Source: Nitrosomonas europaea (GTDB lineage Bacteria; Pseudomonadota; Gammaproteobacteria; Burkholderiales; Nitrosomonadaceae). Taken from it: a stretch of DNA of 32,000 bases. Below the pieces are notes generated by a model, which did not search any database, was not told where the DNA came from, and was given only the letters and a program-made list of their open reading frames with translations. The position numbers were made by a program, and so were the translations under genes. Location of the stretch: positions 864 to 32,863 of the forward strand of contig NZ_FUWK01000033.1 of the NCBI RefSeq assembly GCF_900167395.1, written 5' to 3'. Below are positions 1 through 8,800 of the stretch, in pieces (the first letter of the stretch is position 1; the number at the start of each line of letters is the position of its first letter).

Positions 1-185
1 GCTTGGGAGCGGCCTTTACTATCGACCGTGAGTTCATAGGTGACGAGTTCGTTTCCTTCTGGCCGGCGCTGCCGGCTGGAAAACGAGTTGATATGTACAA
101 AGATTTGCTCTCCGCCGCCGTTGGGTGTGACGAAGCCAAAGCCTTTGTCATCCTTCCACGTGGTAATTCGGCCTTGATAACGCAT
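1..185 (-). CDS. Cold-shock-domain (CSD/OB-fold) protein, N-terminal 61 codons only. The gene continues past the left window edge; a CSD+DUF1294-type architecture is likely.
   Basis: Not in the ORF track because it is partial and short. My reverse-complement translation from the ATG at 185-183 is MRYQGRITTWKDDKGFGFVTPNGGGEQIFVHINSFSSRQRRPEGNELVTYELTVDSKGRSQA. It has the KGFGFV (RNP1-like) and FVH (RNP2-like) motifs typical of cold-shock domains. No clear SD. Confidence 0.8.
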   Translation of the reverse strand, partial: MRYQGRITTWKDDKGFGFVTPNGGGEQIFVHINSFSSRQRRPEGNELVTYELTVDSKGRSQ

Positions 186-201
186 ATCGATTTGATGAGA
201 G

Positions 202-276
202 GGCTAACATCTAAATTCACCGGTGCGCCGCCGCAGCGCGTAGCGCGGAGGTGTCCGCCCCAACGGCTGGTTAGAT
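202..276 (-). repeat. attC-like imperfect GC-rich palindrome between the HEPN and CSD genes.
   Basis: Minus strand reads ATCTAAC (276-270, fits RYYYAAC), starting 1 nt after the HEPN stop. A GC-rich imperfect palindrome follows, then TTTAGAT (215-209) and GTTAGCC (208-202, one mismatch to GTTRRRY). ATCTAA can pair with TTAGAT. CAGCCG can pair with CGGTG with a bulged G. Confidence 0.35.
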
Positions 277-277
277 T

Positions 278-817
278 TCATTTTGTGATCTTGGCCTTTT
301 CGGTGGCAGCCACAAGCCCCTTTAGGAATCGGATTCCCTTCTCCAGCTCGTCGCGTTTAACTTTGTGGGGTTCGGCGCTTGCATGAAGAGCGGTGTTTGC
401 CTTATGGGCGGCGTCCCCGCGTTTAGCCACCAGTGAATCCAGCACTTTCTTCGAGGTGCTACTGTCGTAATTCTCCCACACCCAATCCTTGGTGATGTCC
501 ACGTCGAAGTAGTCGATAAAGATACGCCGGGTACGTTCATCATTTGGGTTGAAAAAACGCTTGAGATCTTCCTCAAGACGGCGCCGTACAAATTTTCCTA
601 GAGGGCTCCCTTCTACCGCTTGAAGCCACGTGTCAATCTCTGACTGGAGACGATCCTTAACGTAGGTTTCCCATGCCGCCAGTGCCATGACCAGTCCAGC
701 GCGCTTCAAGACTTCGCCGTTGTGGCCGTTTGGCACTGTCTTCTCCGCGTCGTGCCTCGCGAGGAGATCCTCAGCGTCTCGGATGGCTCTTTCGAATGCG
801 TCGAATGCTTTGGTCAT
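278..817 (-). CDS. HEPN-superfamily protein (possibly RiboL-PSP-HEPN-like), a putative RNase or toxin-type effector.
   Basis: 179-aa ORF. Rx4H motif R133-GDAA-H138 (AKRGDAAHK) lies in the C-terminal third of a predicted all-helical protein. No detectable SD. The ATG is 14 nt downstream of GTTAGAT. Confidence 0.6.
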   Translation of the reverse strand: MTKAFDAFERAIRDAEDLLARHDAEKTVPNGHNGEVLKRAGLVMALAAWETYVKDRLQSEIDTWLQAVEGSPLGKFVRRRLEEDLKRFFNPNDERTRRIFIDYFDVDITKDWVWENYDSSTSKKVLDSLVAKRGDAAHKANTALHASAEPHKVKRDELEKGIRFLKGLVAATEKAKITK

Positions 818-840
818 GGCTGGTAATGAAATCTAACGTT

Positions 841-862
841 TATGCACCGTAAACGGTGCATA
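841..862. repeat. Perfect 9-bp-stem palindrome (TATGCACCG-TAAA-CGGTGCATA) directly upstream of the GTTAGAT core site.
   Basis: Read directly from the sequence. It is followed on the + strand by CTTCTTTG. Function unknown; it could be a weak terminator or a recombination or protein-binding site. Confidence 0.5.
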
Positions 863-1147
863 CTTCTTTGTAAAAGGGTGTATAACAAAACTCATTATTC
901 AGTAAGGTTCTGAGTTAAAAAGAATTTAATAAATTAAATATCGCGATCTTCTGTTTTGATGACACCTTGCTCATTCGATCAGCTTCGCGGCAGCCTGCTA
1001 CTCTGAGCAGGAGAAAATCAGCTCCTTTAAAATTTCAGAAATGAGGTTTCAGGTATTTTGCTGCGTTTGCAGTTGATCTTAATCAGCGAGCAAAGGAGGA
1101 ATTATCTGTTTATTGCGGTGAGAATGAGGGTGACTGATATCCTGCCA

Positions 1148-1504
1148 TCAGCTTTCATCAAACGCGTTTCTGATCCATTCGATTTCATTTTCCCGGTTGC
1201 CACTGATCAGGACTGCATCGAAGCGGCAGGGAAAGTCACCTTCATGTCCCGCCAGATAATGACGGGCGGTGCGTATCAGTCTGGACTGCTTGGCAGCGGT
1301 GATGCTGGCGGCTGCGCCACCAAACCGGTCACTGGAGCGCATCCTGACTTCAACGAACACTACTGTATCGTCCTCCCGCATGATCAGGTCGATTTCACCG
1401 AAGCGGCAGCGGTAATTTTTTTCCAGCAACGTCAGTTTCTGCTGCTGGAGAAAGGCAGCGGCGCACTGCTCGGCATCACTGCCTTTGTTTCCTGCGGATG
1501 ACAT
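1148..1504 (-). CDS. yraN: YraN/UPF0102 family endonuclease-like protein.
   Basis: FGEIDLIMRE...VVFVEVRMR...GGAAASIT...CRFDAVLI matches the E. coli YraN pattern (GEIDLIMRE, VFVEVR, RFDVV). The ATG at 1504 is preferred over the TTG at 1528 used by the track. Confidence 0.85.
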   Translation of the reverse strand: MSSAGNKGSDAEQCAAAFLQQQKLTLLEKNYRCRFGEIDLIMREDDTVVFVEVRMRSSDRFGGAAASITAAKQSRLIRTARHYLAGHEGDFPCRFDAVLISGNRENEIEWIRNAFDES

Positions 1505-1610
1505 GGGAGTGTCAGTAACTATTGGCAAAGGGTTCTGGATTGTTTCATCCTTTCAGGATTCGCAAAGACAGTTTTTTACGGTTACGCACCACATTCGGAA
1601 GAATCCATTT

Positions 1611-3398
1611 TTATCCATGCGCTCTCATCTTTTCTCCGGTTTGTACTTGCCACAGGTTGGTGTACAGACCGTTACGCGCCAGGAGGGCCTCGTGTGTACC
1701 GGTTTCCACTACTTCACCCTTGTCCAGTACATAAATGCAATGGGCATTACGGATGGTGGAAAGACGGTGTGCGATCACAATGGTGGTGCGGCCAACAGTA
1801 ATCCGTTCCAGAGAACGCTGGATGGCTGCTTCTGTTTCATTATCCACTGCTGAAGTAGCTTCATCGAGTACCAGCACCGGCGGATTCTTGAGAACAGCAC
1901 GGGCAATCGAGATGCGCTGTCGCTGGCCGCCGGAGAGTTTCTGCCCGCGTTCGCCTACGATGGTCTGATAATCATCCGGCAGTTCCATGATGAAATCATG
2001 TGCCTCAGCTGTTCTGGCTGCGGCGATGACATCTTCCATATGGGCGCCGGACGAACCATACGCGATATTTTCATACACCGTGCCATGGAACAGATAAACG
2101 TCCTGGCTGACCAGACCGATCGATTTGCGCAGATCATGCAGGCGCAAATCACGGATATCGTGACCATCCAGCAGAATACGTCCTTGTTGCGGCTCGTAGA
2201 AACGGAGCAGCAGTTTGACTATCGTACTCTTGCCGCTGCCGGTAGCCCCGACCAGTGCAATTGTCTGGCCGGCATGAACAGTCAGGGAAAGATGGTTCAG
2301 TGTCGATGCGCGCCGCTCATAGTTGAAGCTGATATCGTCAAAAATGATTTCGCCGCTGACCTGTGCCGCGGGTAGTGTTTGCGGCCCGTCTGTAATGGTC
2401 GGTTGAGCCTGTAATAAATCCAGCACGCGGTGTGTGGAGGCCATCGCGCGCTGGTACAGATCGAGTGTTTCCCCCAGGCGAGTGAGCGGCCACAGCAGGC
2501 GCTGGGTCATGAATACCAGAATGCTGTACGCGCCGACATTCAGTTCGCCGCCAGCAGCCATTAGCCCCGCTGCAATCATGATGGCACTGAAACCGAGTGC
2601 GATCACCATACGGATGATCGGTACAAAGGCAGCACTGAGGGCAATCGCGTGCTGATTCTTTTCCTGATAGATCTGGCTTTCGCGCTCAATCTGGCGTAAT
2701 TCATACGGTTCAGTCGTATAACTTTTGATGGTGGCAATGCCGCCAAGATTATTGGACAGATAGCTGTTCAGAATGCTGACCTGTTCGCGGACGGCCATAT
2801 AGCGCGGAGCAATGCGTTTCTGAAACAGGTAGGAACCGGCCACGACGAATGGCATGGGCAATAACGCCATCCATGCCACGCCAGGTGTCAGGTAGATGAA
2901 CATGCCACCCACTGTGATGACGGTGGTCAGAAGCTGAATGAGGTCATTTGCTCCGACATCCAGAAACCGCTCCAGCTGATTGATGTCATCGTTCAGGATC
3001 GCCATCATCCCGCCGGTGCTGCGTGCCTCGAAGTAGGCCAGCTCCAGTTTCTGAACATGATCATAGGCATCCAGGCGCAACGTATGCTGAATACTCTGCG
3101 CCAGGTTGCGCCAGCAGAGCTTGAGCAGATATTCCCAGATGGATTCGAATCCCCAGACGATGAGGGTGATCGTAGCCAGTATCCAGAGCTGGGTCGAGAC
3201 CTCCGGAAATCCCAGCCGGGCAAATACCGAAGATTGCTGATTGACGACGATGTCTACTGCCATCCCTATCAATACCGGCGGCGCCAGATCGAACAGCTTA
3301 TTGAGAATCGAAAATAATGTAGCCAGCCAGATACGGCCGCGAAAAGCATGGCCGTAGCGCAGCAGGCGAATCAGCGGAGCGGATGAATGATTGGACAT
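1611..3398 (-). CDS. ABC exporter with fused permease and ATPase (MsbA/MdlB-like type I exporter).
   Basis: Six-TM-type N-terminal domain. Walker A GATGSGKST, signature LSGGQRQR, Walker B VLVLDEATSAVD. Start trimmed to MSNHSSAPLIRLL (ATG 3398). The 54-codon upstream extension in the track has no family-like sequence. Confidence 0.9.
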   Translation of the reverse strand: MSNHSSAPLIRLLRYGHAFRGRIWLATLFSILNKLFDLAPPVLIGMAVDIVVNQQSSVFARLGFPEVSTQLWILATITLIVWGFESIWEYLLKLCWRNLAQSIQHTLRLDAYDHVQKLELAYFEARSTGGMMAILNDDINQLERFLDVGANDLIQLLTTVITVGGMFIYLTPGVAWMALLPMPFVVAGSYLFQKRIAPRYMAVREQVSILNSYLSNNLGGIATIKSYTTEPYELRQIERESQIYQEKNQHAIALSAAFVPIIRMVIALGFSAIMIAAGLMAAGGELNVGAYSILVFMTQRLLWPLTRLGETLDLYQRAMASTHRVLDLLQAQPTITDGPQTLPAAQVSGEIIFDDISFNYERRASTLNHLSLTVHAGQTIALVGATGSGKSTIVKLLLRFYEPQQGRILLDGHDIRDLRLHDLRKSIGLVSQDVYLFHGTVYENIAYGSSGAHMEDVIAAARTAEAHDFIMELPDDYQTIVGERGQKLSGGQRQRISIARAVLKNPPVLVLDEATSAVDNETEAAIQRSLERITVGRTTIVIAHRLSTIRNAHCIYVLDKGEVVETGTHEALLARNGLYTNLWQVQTGEKMRAHG

Positions 3399-3580
3399 AA
3401 GAACGGTGGTTGGTTTGAATTGGGATTGAGCAAATCCGAAAGATCGGAAGCGGTATGGAACAGCCTTATCTGTTTTACCGGCAGCATCCGGCACATTGGA
3501 AAAAGCGGGCAACTGCCGTATAGTGCGCCCACACCCGCCGAAAACACCGGGATCAGCCATTTTCAGTCAGGGCCACGAAT

Positions 3581-4459
3581 ATGCCAGCTGCAGCAGGAGT
3601 ATCCAAAGGGACATTATATGTGGTTGGTACCCCCATCGGGAATTTGCGCGACATTACCCTGCGCGCATTGGAAATATTGTCTGCGGTCGACTGTATTGCG
3701 GCTGAACACATTCAGCATGCGCAAAAGCTGCTGGCAGGGCATGCTTTGCATACCACGTCTACCCGTATCATGCCATTACATCAGCATAACGAAGGCAGCG
3801 CGGTGGAGAAAATCATCGAACTGCTGGGGAGCGGCAAATCGGTCGCCCTGATCTCCGATGCGGGCACTCCGGCGATTTCCGATCCAGGCGCCTTGCTGGT
3901 GCAGCAGGTACTGGCGCGAAGCCTCCCGGTCGTGCCCATTCCTGGCGCCAATGCGGCGTTGTGTGCTTTATCCGCATCCGGTCTGATTGCACCGCATTTT
4001 TTCTTTTATGGATTTTTACCGGCAAAAAGCGGGGAGCGTCAGCGCAAGCTGGCCGGTTTGAAAACGCTATACGCCTGTATCCTGGTTTTTTATGAAGCAC
4101 CGCACCGTGTACTCGAATGTGTTGCGGATATGGTTGCCGTATTGGGTACCACCCGTGAAATCACGTTTGCCCGTGAACTGACCAAGCTATTCGAGACGAT
4201 TCATACCTGTGCGCTGGGAGAAGCGCTGGACTGGCTGCAGGCCGATGAAAACCGGCTGAGAGGCGAGTTCGTTCTGTTGCTGGCGCCGGCAGAAGAACCT
4301 GGGCAGGAGGACATCAGCCCGCAAGCTGTACATGCGCTTGCCATCCTGCAAAGAGAACTGCCTTTGAAACAGGCGGTGCAACTGGCTGCAGAAATTACCG
4401 GTGAAGGCAGAAAAAAGCTCTATGCCCGGGCGCTGCTGGAACGAAAAACGGAAACATAG
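3581..4459 (+). CDS. rsmI: 16S rRNA (cytidine1402-2'-O)-methyltransferase RsmI.
   Basis: GTLYVVGTPIGNLRDITLRALEIL and ISDAGTPAISDPG are tetrapyrrole-methylase-fold RsmI hallmarks. 292 aa. Confidence 0.93.
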   Translation: MPAAAGVSKGTLYVVGTPIGNLRDITLRALEILSAVDCIAAEHIQHAQKLLAGHALHTTSTRIMPLHQHNEGSAVEKIIELLGSGKSVALISDAGTPAISDPGALLVQQVLARSLPVVPIPGANAALCALSASGLIAPHFFFYGFLPAKSGERQRKLAGLKTLYACILVFYEAPHRVLECVADMVAVLGTTREITFARELTKLFETIHTCALGEALDWLQADENRLRGEFVLLLAPAEEPGQEDISPQAVHALAILQRELPLKQAVQLAAEITGEGRKKLYARALLERKTET

Positions 4460-4480
4460 ACAATTATCCACTCGCAATGA

Positions 4481-5533
4481 TCATGAGTCACAATCTTTTT
4501 CTTTCCTGCGATTAAACTCGCGATAAATGCTCGGCGCCACGCCGATCCAGCGCTTGAAGGCGAGATTGAACGCCGGGAGTGCCGTATATCCCAGCAGGCC
4601 ACAGATGTTGCTGATGGGAACATCGGTCGTTTCCAGCATCTCGCATGCAAGTGATTCCCTCACCTTGTCCAGGATCGCCGAAAAGCTGGTGTTTTCCTGC
4701 TGCAGCAGGCGCTGCAGCTTCTTTGGACTGAGTCCCAGCGATACCGCGAAGTACTCGAGATTGCACAGGCTGGTATTGAGCACGATCGGGATGCCAGCGG
4801 CGACGGTTGCCGCGACCGACTGATCATAGAGCGGCATCTTGGCAATCCGGTAACGCAGATAGAGATCGAGCAATGGCTCGAGTCCGGCCAGGCGACCATT
4901 GGTCGGTCGATTGAGATATTCATGCGGGAATACGAGCTCGTTGTGCGCAGCTTCGAACTCGACCGGGCAGTCGAAAAGTGCTTCATGCGGTTGCGTGTCA
5001 CAAGGACGGGCATGGCGGAACCGGATGAGATGGGCTTTTTCATCTGTAGCATCGATCACGGTTCTGGCCATTCGGTAGAATGTAGCGACCAGTCCTTCTG
5101 TCTGCTGGCGCGGGGATTTTGCCAGGGGATCCTTCAACAGCCGCACGTATGCGAACGGGCCGCCGTCCCTGATCAGTAACGGAACCCAGGCATTCGTGTA
5201 GTAGCGCGCGTAGCGCTCGCATGCGTCAAGCCATTCTTCAAAGGTGTGCGTGATCTGTGAAAGAAAGATTGCTGCTCCTGCGGTGGGATAAGTATTCGGC
5301 AGCGAAAAAGCATGATCCAGGCCGAAGTTCGGACGTCCTAGTTCCTGCGCCGCTAGTTCGCAGAATATACCCTGGCGGGGCCAGGAGATGAGTATGTCGG
5401 GATTGCTGAACGCTTCCCTTGGCAGCCCTGCCTGGTCGGCCAGGGTATGGAGATCACCACCGGATGAATGGACGAGATCATCGAATCCAAACAGGCAATT
5501 CGGACGGATGTAGGGCTCTCGCCGCCCAATCAT
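4481..5533 (-). CDS. AraC-family transcriptional regulator (N-terminal arabinose-binding-like domain, C-terminal double HTH).
   Basis: C-terminus ISNICGLLGYTALPAFNLAFKRWIGVAPSIYR is the AraC HTH_18 signature. Start trimmed to MIGRREPYIRPN (ATG 5533). Divergent from the autotransporter gene. Confidence 0.85.
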   Translation of the reverse strand: MIGRREPYIRPNCLFGFDDLVHSSGGDLHTLADQAGLPREAFSNPDILISWPRQGIFCELAAQELGRPNFGLDHAFSLPNTYPTAGAAIFLSQITHTFEEWLDACERYARYYTNAWVPLLIRDGGPFAYVRLLKDPLAKSPRQQTEGLVATFYRMARTVIDATDEKAHLIRFRHARPCDTQPHEALFDCPVEFEAAHNELVFPHEYLNRPTNGRLAGLEPLLDLYLRYRIAKMPLYDQSVAATVAAGIPIVLNTSLCNLEYFAVSLGLSPKKLQRLLQQENTSFSAILDKVRESLACEMLETTDVPISNICGLLGYTALPAFNLAFKRWIGVAPSIYREFNRRKEKDCDS

Positions 5534-5812
5534 TCTTTTGTCTGCCAGAAATCTTCTCCTTCTTTTTTGGGCCGCACCTCTACCTGATGGGCGCGAACAA
5601 TCGTGAAGGGAAGAAATATAGCGGATAAAACCTGCATCGGAATCGCAGGTAGCCCCTTGATTGGGCTTCAATGTCTCAAATTATGAAGTATAAGGGGATG
5701 AAAATTAAAGAATCCCGGCGAAGCACTTAATAATCCCGGACCTCATAACGATTAAGAATTCGGTGACAACCGAAAATAGTATCCCGTTTCGTTATGAAAA
5801 AGATGTGCCCGT

Positions 5813-8800
5813 ATGAAATTTTCCACAATCCTTACCTTCCTGAGTGGTACCACCTTCGTATATCCTGCCGCATTTGCGCAAAGTATCATCGCCAGCGGTA
5901 ATATTCTTCCCGGTATCCCGGCGCCGCCTCTTGCGCTATGGCAACCTGCCAATTTACGTGTGGGCGTGAATGCAGCGGGCACGCTTTCCATTACCGATGG
6001 TGGTATGGTTGCCGGTCCGGGTCAGGCGCTCCTCGGCTCTGCCGTTGGTAGTTCTGGCACGGTGATGGTCAGTGGTAATGATTCCCTGTTCTCCACCGTA
6101 TTGCAAATGCACGTGGGTAGTAGTGGCACGGGCACTCTCAAGATTGAGGACAGGGGCACCGCCAATATCGGTACATTCCTTTATATCGGCCGTTTCATTG
6201 GTTCCGATGGCCTCGTGACTGTGAGCGGCGCGGGATCGAGGCTGACCAACGGCAACATGATGCAGGTCGGTAGCGAAGGCACCGGCGCTTTGATCATCGA
6301 AGATGGTGCAACGGTGAACAGCACGAACGTGACCCGGATCGGCTGGAGCTCGACAGGTATAGGTACGGCTATCGTTCAGGGTTCCGGTTCAAGCTGGACA
6401 ACGAACAACTCGATGTCCGTGGGTTTCGGCGGCTCTGGCAGATTGCTGATCGTAGATGGTGGCGCTGTAAGCAATGTCGAAGGCTTTGTCGGCCGCGAGA
6501 CCGGATCGACCGGCGAGGTGACGGTCTCAGGCGCGGGTTCTTCCTGGTCGAACAGCGCGGCCCTTGAGATCGGCAGTTTCGGCATGGGCGAGTTGATGGT
6601 CGAAGACGGTGGTGCACTCAGCAACACGGATGGCCGGATCGGGCGGGAGGCCGGCGCTATCGGTACCGTGACGATCAAGGATGCGGGTTCCACCTGGAGC
6701 AACACGGGTACGCTCTACATCGGCGATCTCGGCAAAGGTACGCTGACTGTTGCCGATGGCGGCAAGGCGAATATCGTGGCCAGCTTCGTGATTGGCCGCC
6801 AGGCGGGCGCCGAAGGTCTCGTGACCTTAAGCGGCGCGGGATCGAGCCTCATCAACACCAGTTCCACGCAGGTCGGCGGCGCGGGCAAGGGTACGCTGAT
6901 CGTCGAGAATGGCGGCGTGGGCCAATCGAACAACCTCTCGGTCGGGGTCTCGTCAGGCAGCACCGGATCGGTCGCGGTTCGCGGCGCCGATTCACGCTGG
7001 ATCGCAGGCAGCATCCTGACCATCGGCGCAAGCGGCCATGGCACGCTGACGATCGAAGACGGCGGCTCGGTCACCAGCACTCTGACCACTATCGGGTCCA
7101 ACACTTCGGGTCTCGGCGAAGCGACCGTCTCAGGCGCGGACTCCACCTGGACCAACAGCGGCGCCCTCATTGTAGGAGCACTGGGCAACGGCACGCTCAC
7201 CGTCTCAGACGGCGGCATGGTTTCGAATGCAACCGCAGGTATTGGCGTCGGTACAGGCCGCCAGGGCGTGGCCCTGGTTTCCGGCGCTGGCGCACGCTGG
7301 ATCAACAGCGGTGATTTAACCGTCGGTACCAACGGCAGCGCCACCCTGACCGTCGCAGACGGTGGCCATGTTAGTGTCGGCGGCGGCAACGGCATTGTTC
7401 ATGTCGCTGAAGCCGCGACAGCAAATGGCGTGGTGAATATCGGGGCTGCGGCGGGTAGTGCGCCGGTCGGGGCCGGCACGCTGGGCGCCGCCGAAGTTCG
7501 TTTTGGCGACGGCACCGGCAGGCTTAATTTCAATCATACCGATAGCGCCTATCTCTTCTCACCCGTCATCACCGGAAACGGGGCGCTCAATCACTATTCC
7601 GGCACGACCATCCTGACCGGCGACAACACCTATAGCGGTTCTACGATGATTGCGGGCGGTGTGCTCCAGCTCGGCAATGGCGGCACGAGCGGCTCGGTCA
7701 CCAGCGACATCCAGATCGACAGCACAGGAACACTGCGCATTGATCGTTCAAATGACTGGACCTATGCAGGTATCCTTTCCGGGACTGGCGTCTTCGATCA
7801 ATTGGGCACCGGTACGACGATGCTCACCGGCAACAGCGCTGCTTTTAACGGTACGACGACGGTTACGAATGGCCGTCTGATCGTTGGCATGGGCGGCGCC
7901 GGGACGCTCGGCGGTATGGTCAATGTGCTGGATGGCGCAACACTTGGCGGTTCGGGCACGGTCGGTAGCGCCGGGGCCGACGTCACCATCCTTGGCGGCG
8001 GTGTGCACGCGCCGGGTAACAGCGTTGGCGTTCAGACCATTGCCGGCAACTACGTCAATTACGGCACACTGCGAATCGACGGTACACCGGCGGGGACGGA
8101 CATGCTCATTGTGCAGGGTGGCGTCGATATTACCGGTGCCACCCTCGATCTCCAGCTTTCTCCTCCCGTGGCGTCGGGCTGGAATATCATCAACGGGCCG
8201 TTCACTATCATCGACAAGCAGAGTGCCGGCGCAGTGGCTGGCAGCTTCGGCGCGGTCAACAACAATCTGTTGTTCCTCGATCCATACGTGAATTATGCTG
8301 GTGGCGATGGCAACGATATCACGCTCGATTTCGTGCGCAATGACGTTGCCTTTGCATCGGTCGCGCTCACTCCGAACCAGATCGCGACGGGCAGGGGAAT
8401 TGGTACGCTGCCTTATGGCCACCCGATATGGAACACGATTGCGCTCATGAGCGATGAGGTCGCCGTGCGCCGGAGCTTCGACTTTCTTTCGGGAGAAATC
8501 CATGCCACTGCATCCAGCGTGCTGCTCGAAGAAAGCCGTTTTCCGCGCAGAGCAGTCAATGACCGGCTTCGATCCGCGTTTGACACAAATACCGACACTG
8601 CATTCTGGGCACATGGCTATGGGGCCTGGGCCGGTTGGCAGAGTGATGGCAACGCTGCCTCCCTCAAACGCGATACTGGCGGGTTGCTCCTGGGCCTCGA
8701 TGGTCAGCTTGGCAACTGGCGGACAGGCGTCATGACCGGCCGTAGCTGGACTGGTGTGACGGTTGCTGACCGGGCCTCGACCGCCGAGGCCGGAACGTGG

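Noticed and set aside
3-386. 127-aa + strand ORF at the left edge.
   Set aside because: It is antisense to a cold-shock-domain reading frame with textbook motifs. It also reads straight through the GC-rich attC-like palindrome and into the HEPN gene 3' end, and it has no recognisable motif.
838-925. Possible second attC upstream of the HEPN unit (GTTAAAA at 914-920 as the partner of GTTAGAT at 838-832).
   Set aside because: The intervening sequence is AT-rich and has no R''/L''-L'/R' complementarity. Only the local 9-bp palindrome at 841-862 is present. I therefore report one core site here, not a full attC.
1058-1501. 147-aa + strand ORF.
   Set aside because: It is entirely antisense to yraN, which has clear family motifs.
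1611-3560. Long N-terminal extensions in the ORF track for the ABC exporter. The same applies to 4481-5671, 14307-15602, 20736-21878, 24785-25342, 25411-26286 and 29219-30379.
   Set aside because: The extensions lack family-like sequence. Internal ATGs align with the known N-termini of the families and, in several cases, have SDs or stop-start coupling. I trimmed the starts accordingly.
5975-7400. Regular ~150-nt periodicity considered as a CRISPR or satellite array.
   Set aside because: The repeats are degenerate, in frame and continuous with a single long ORF. There is no repeat-spacer alternation. This is protein-level modularity of the autotransporter passenger.
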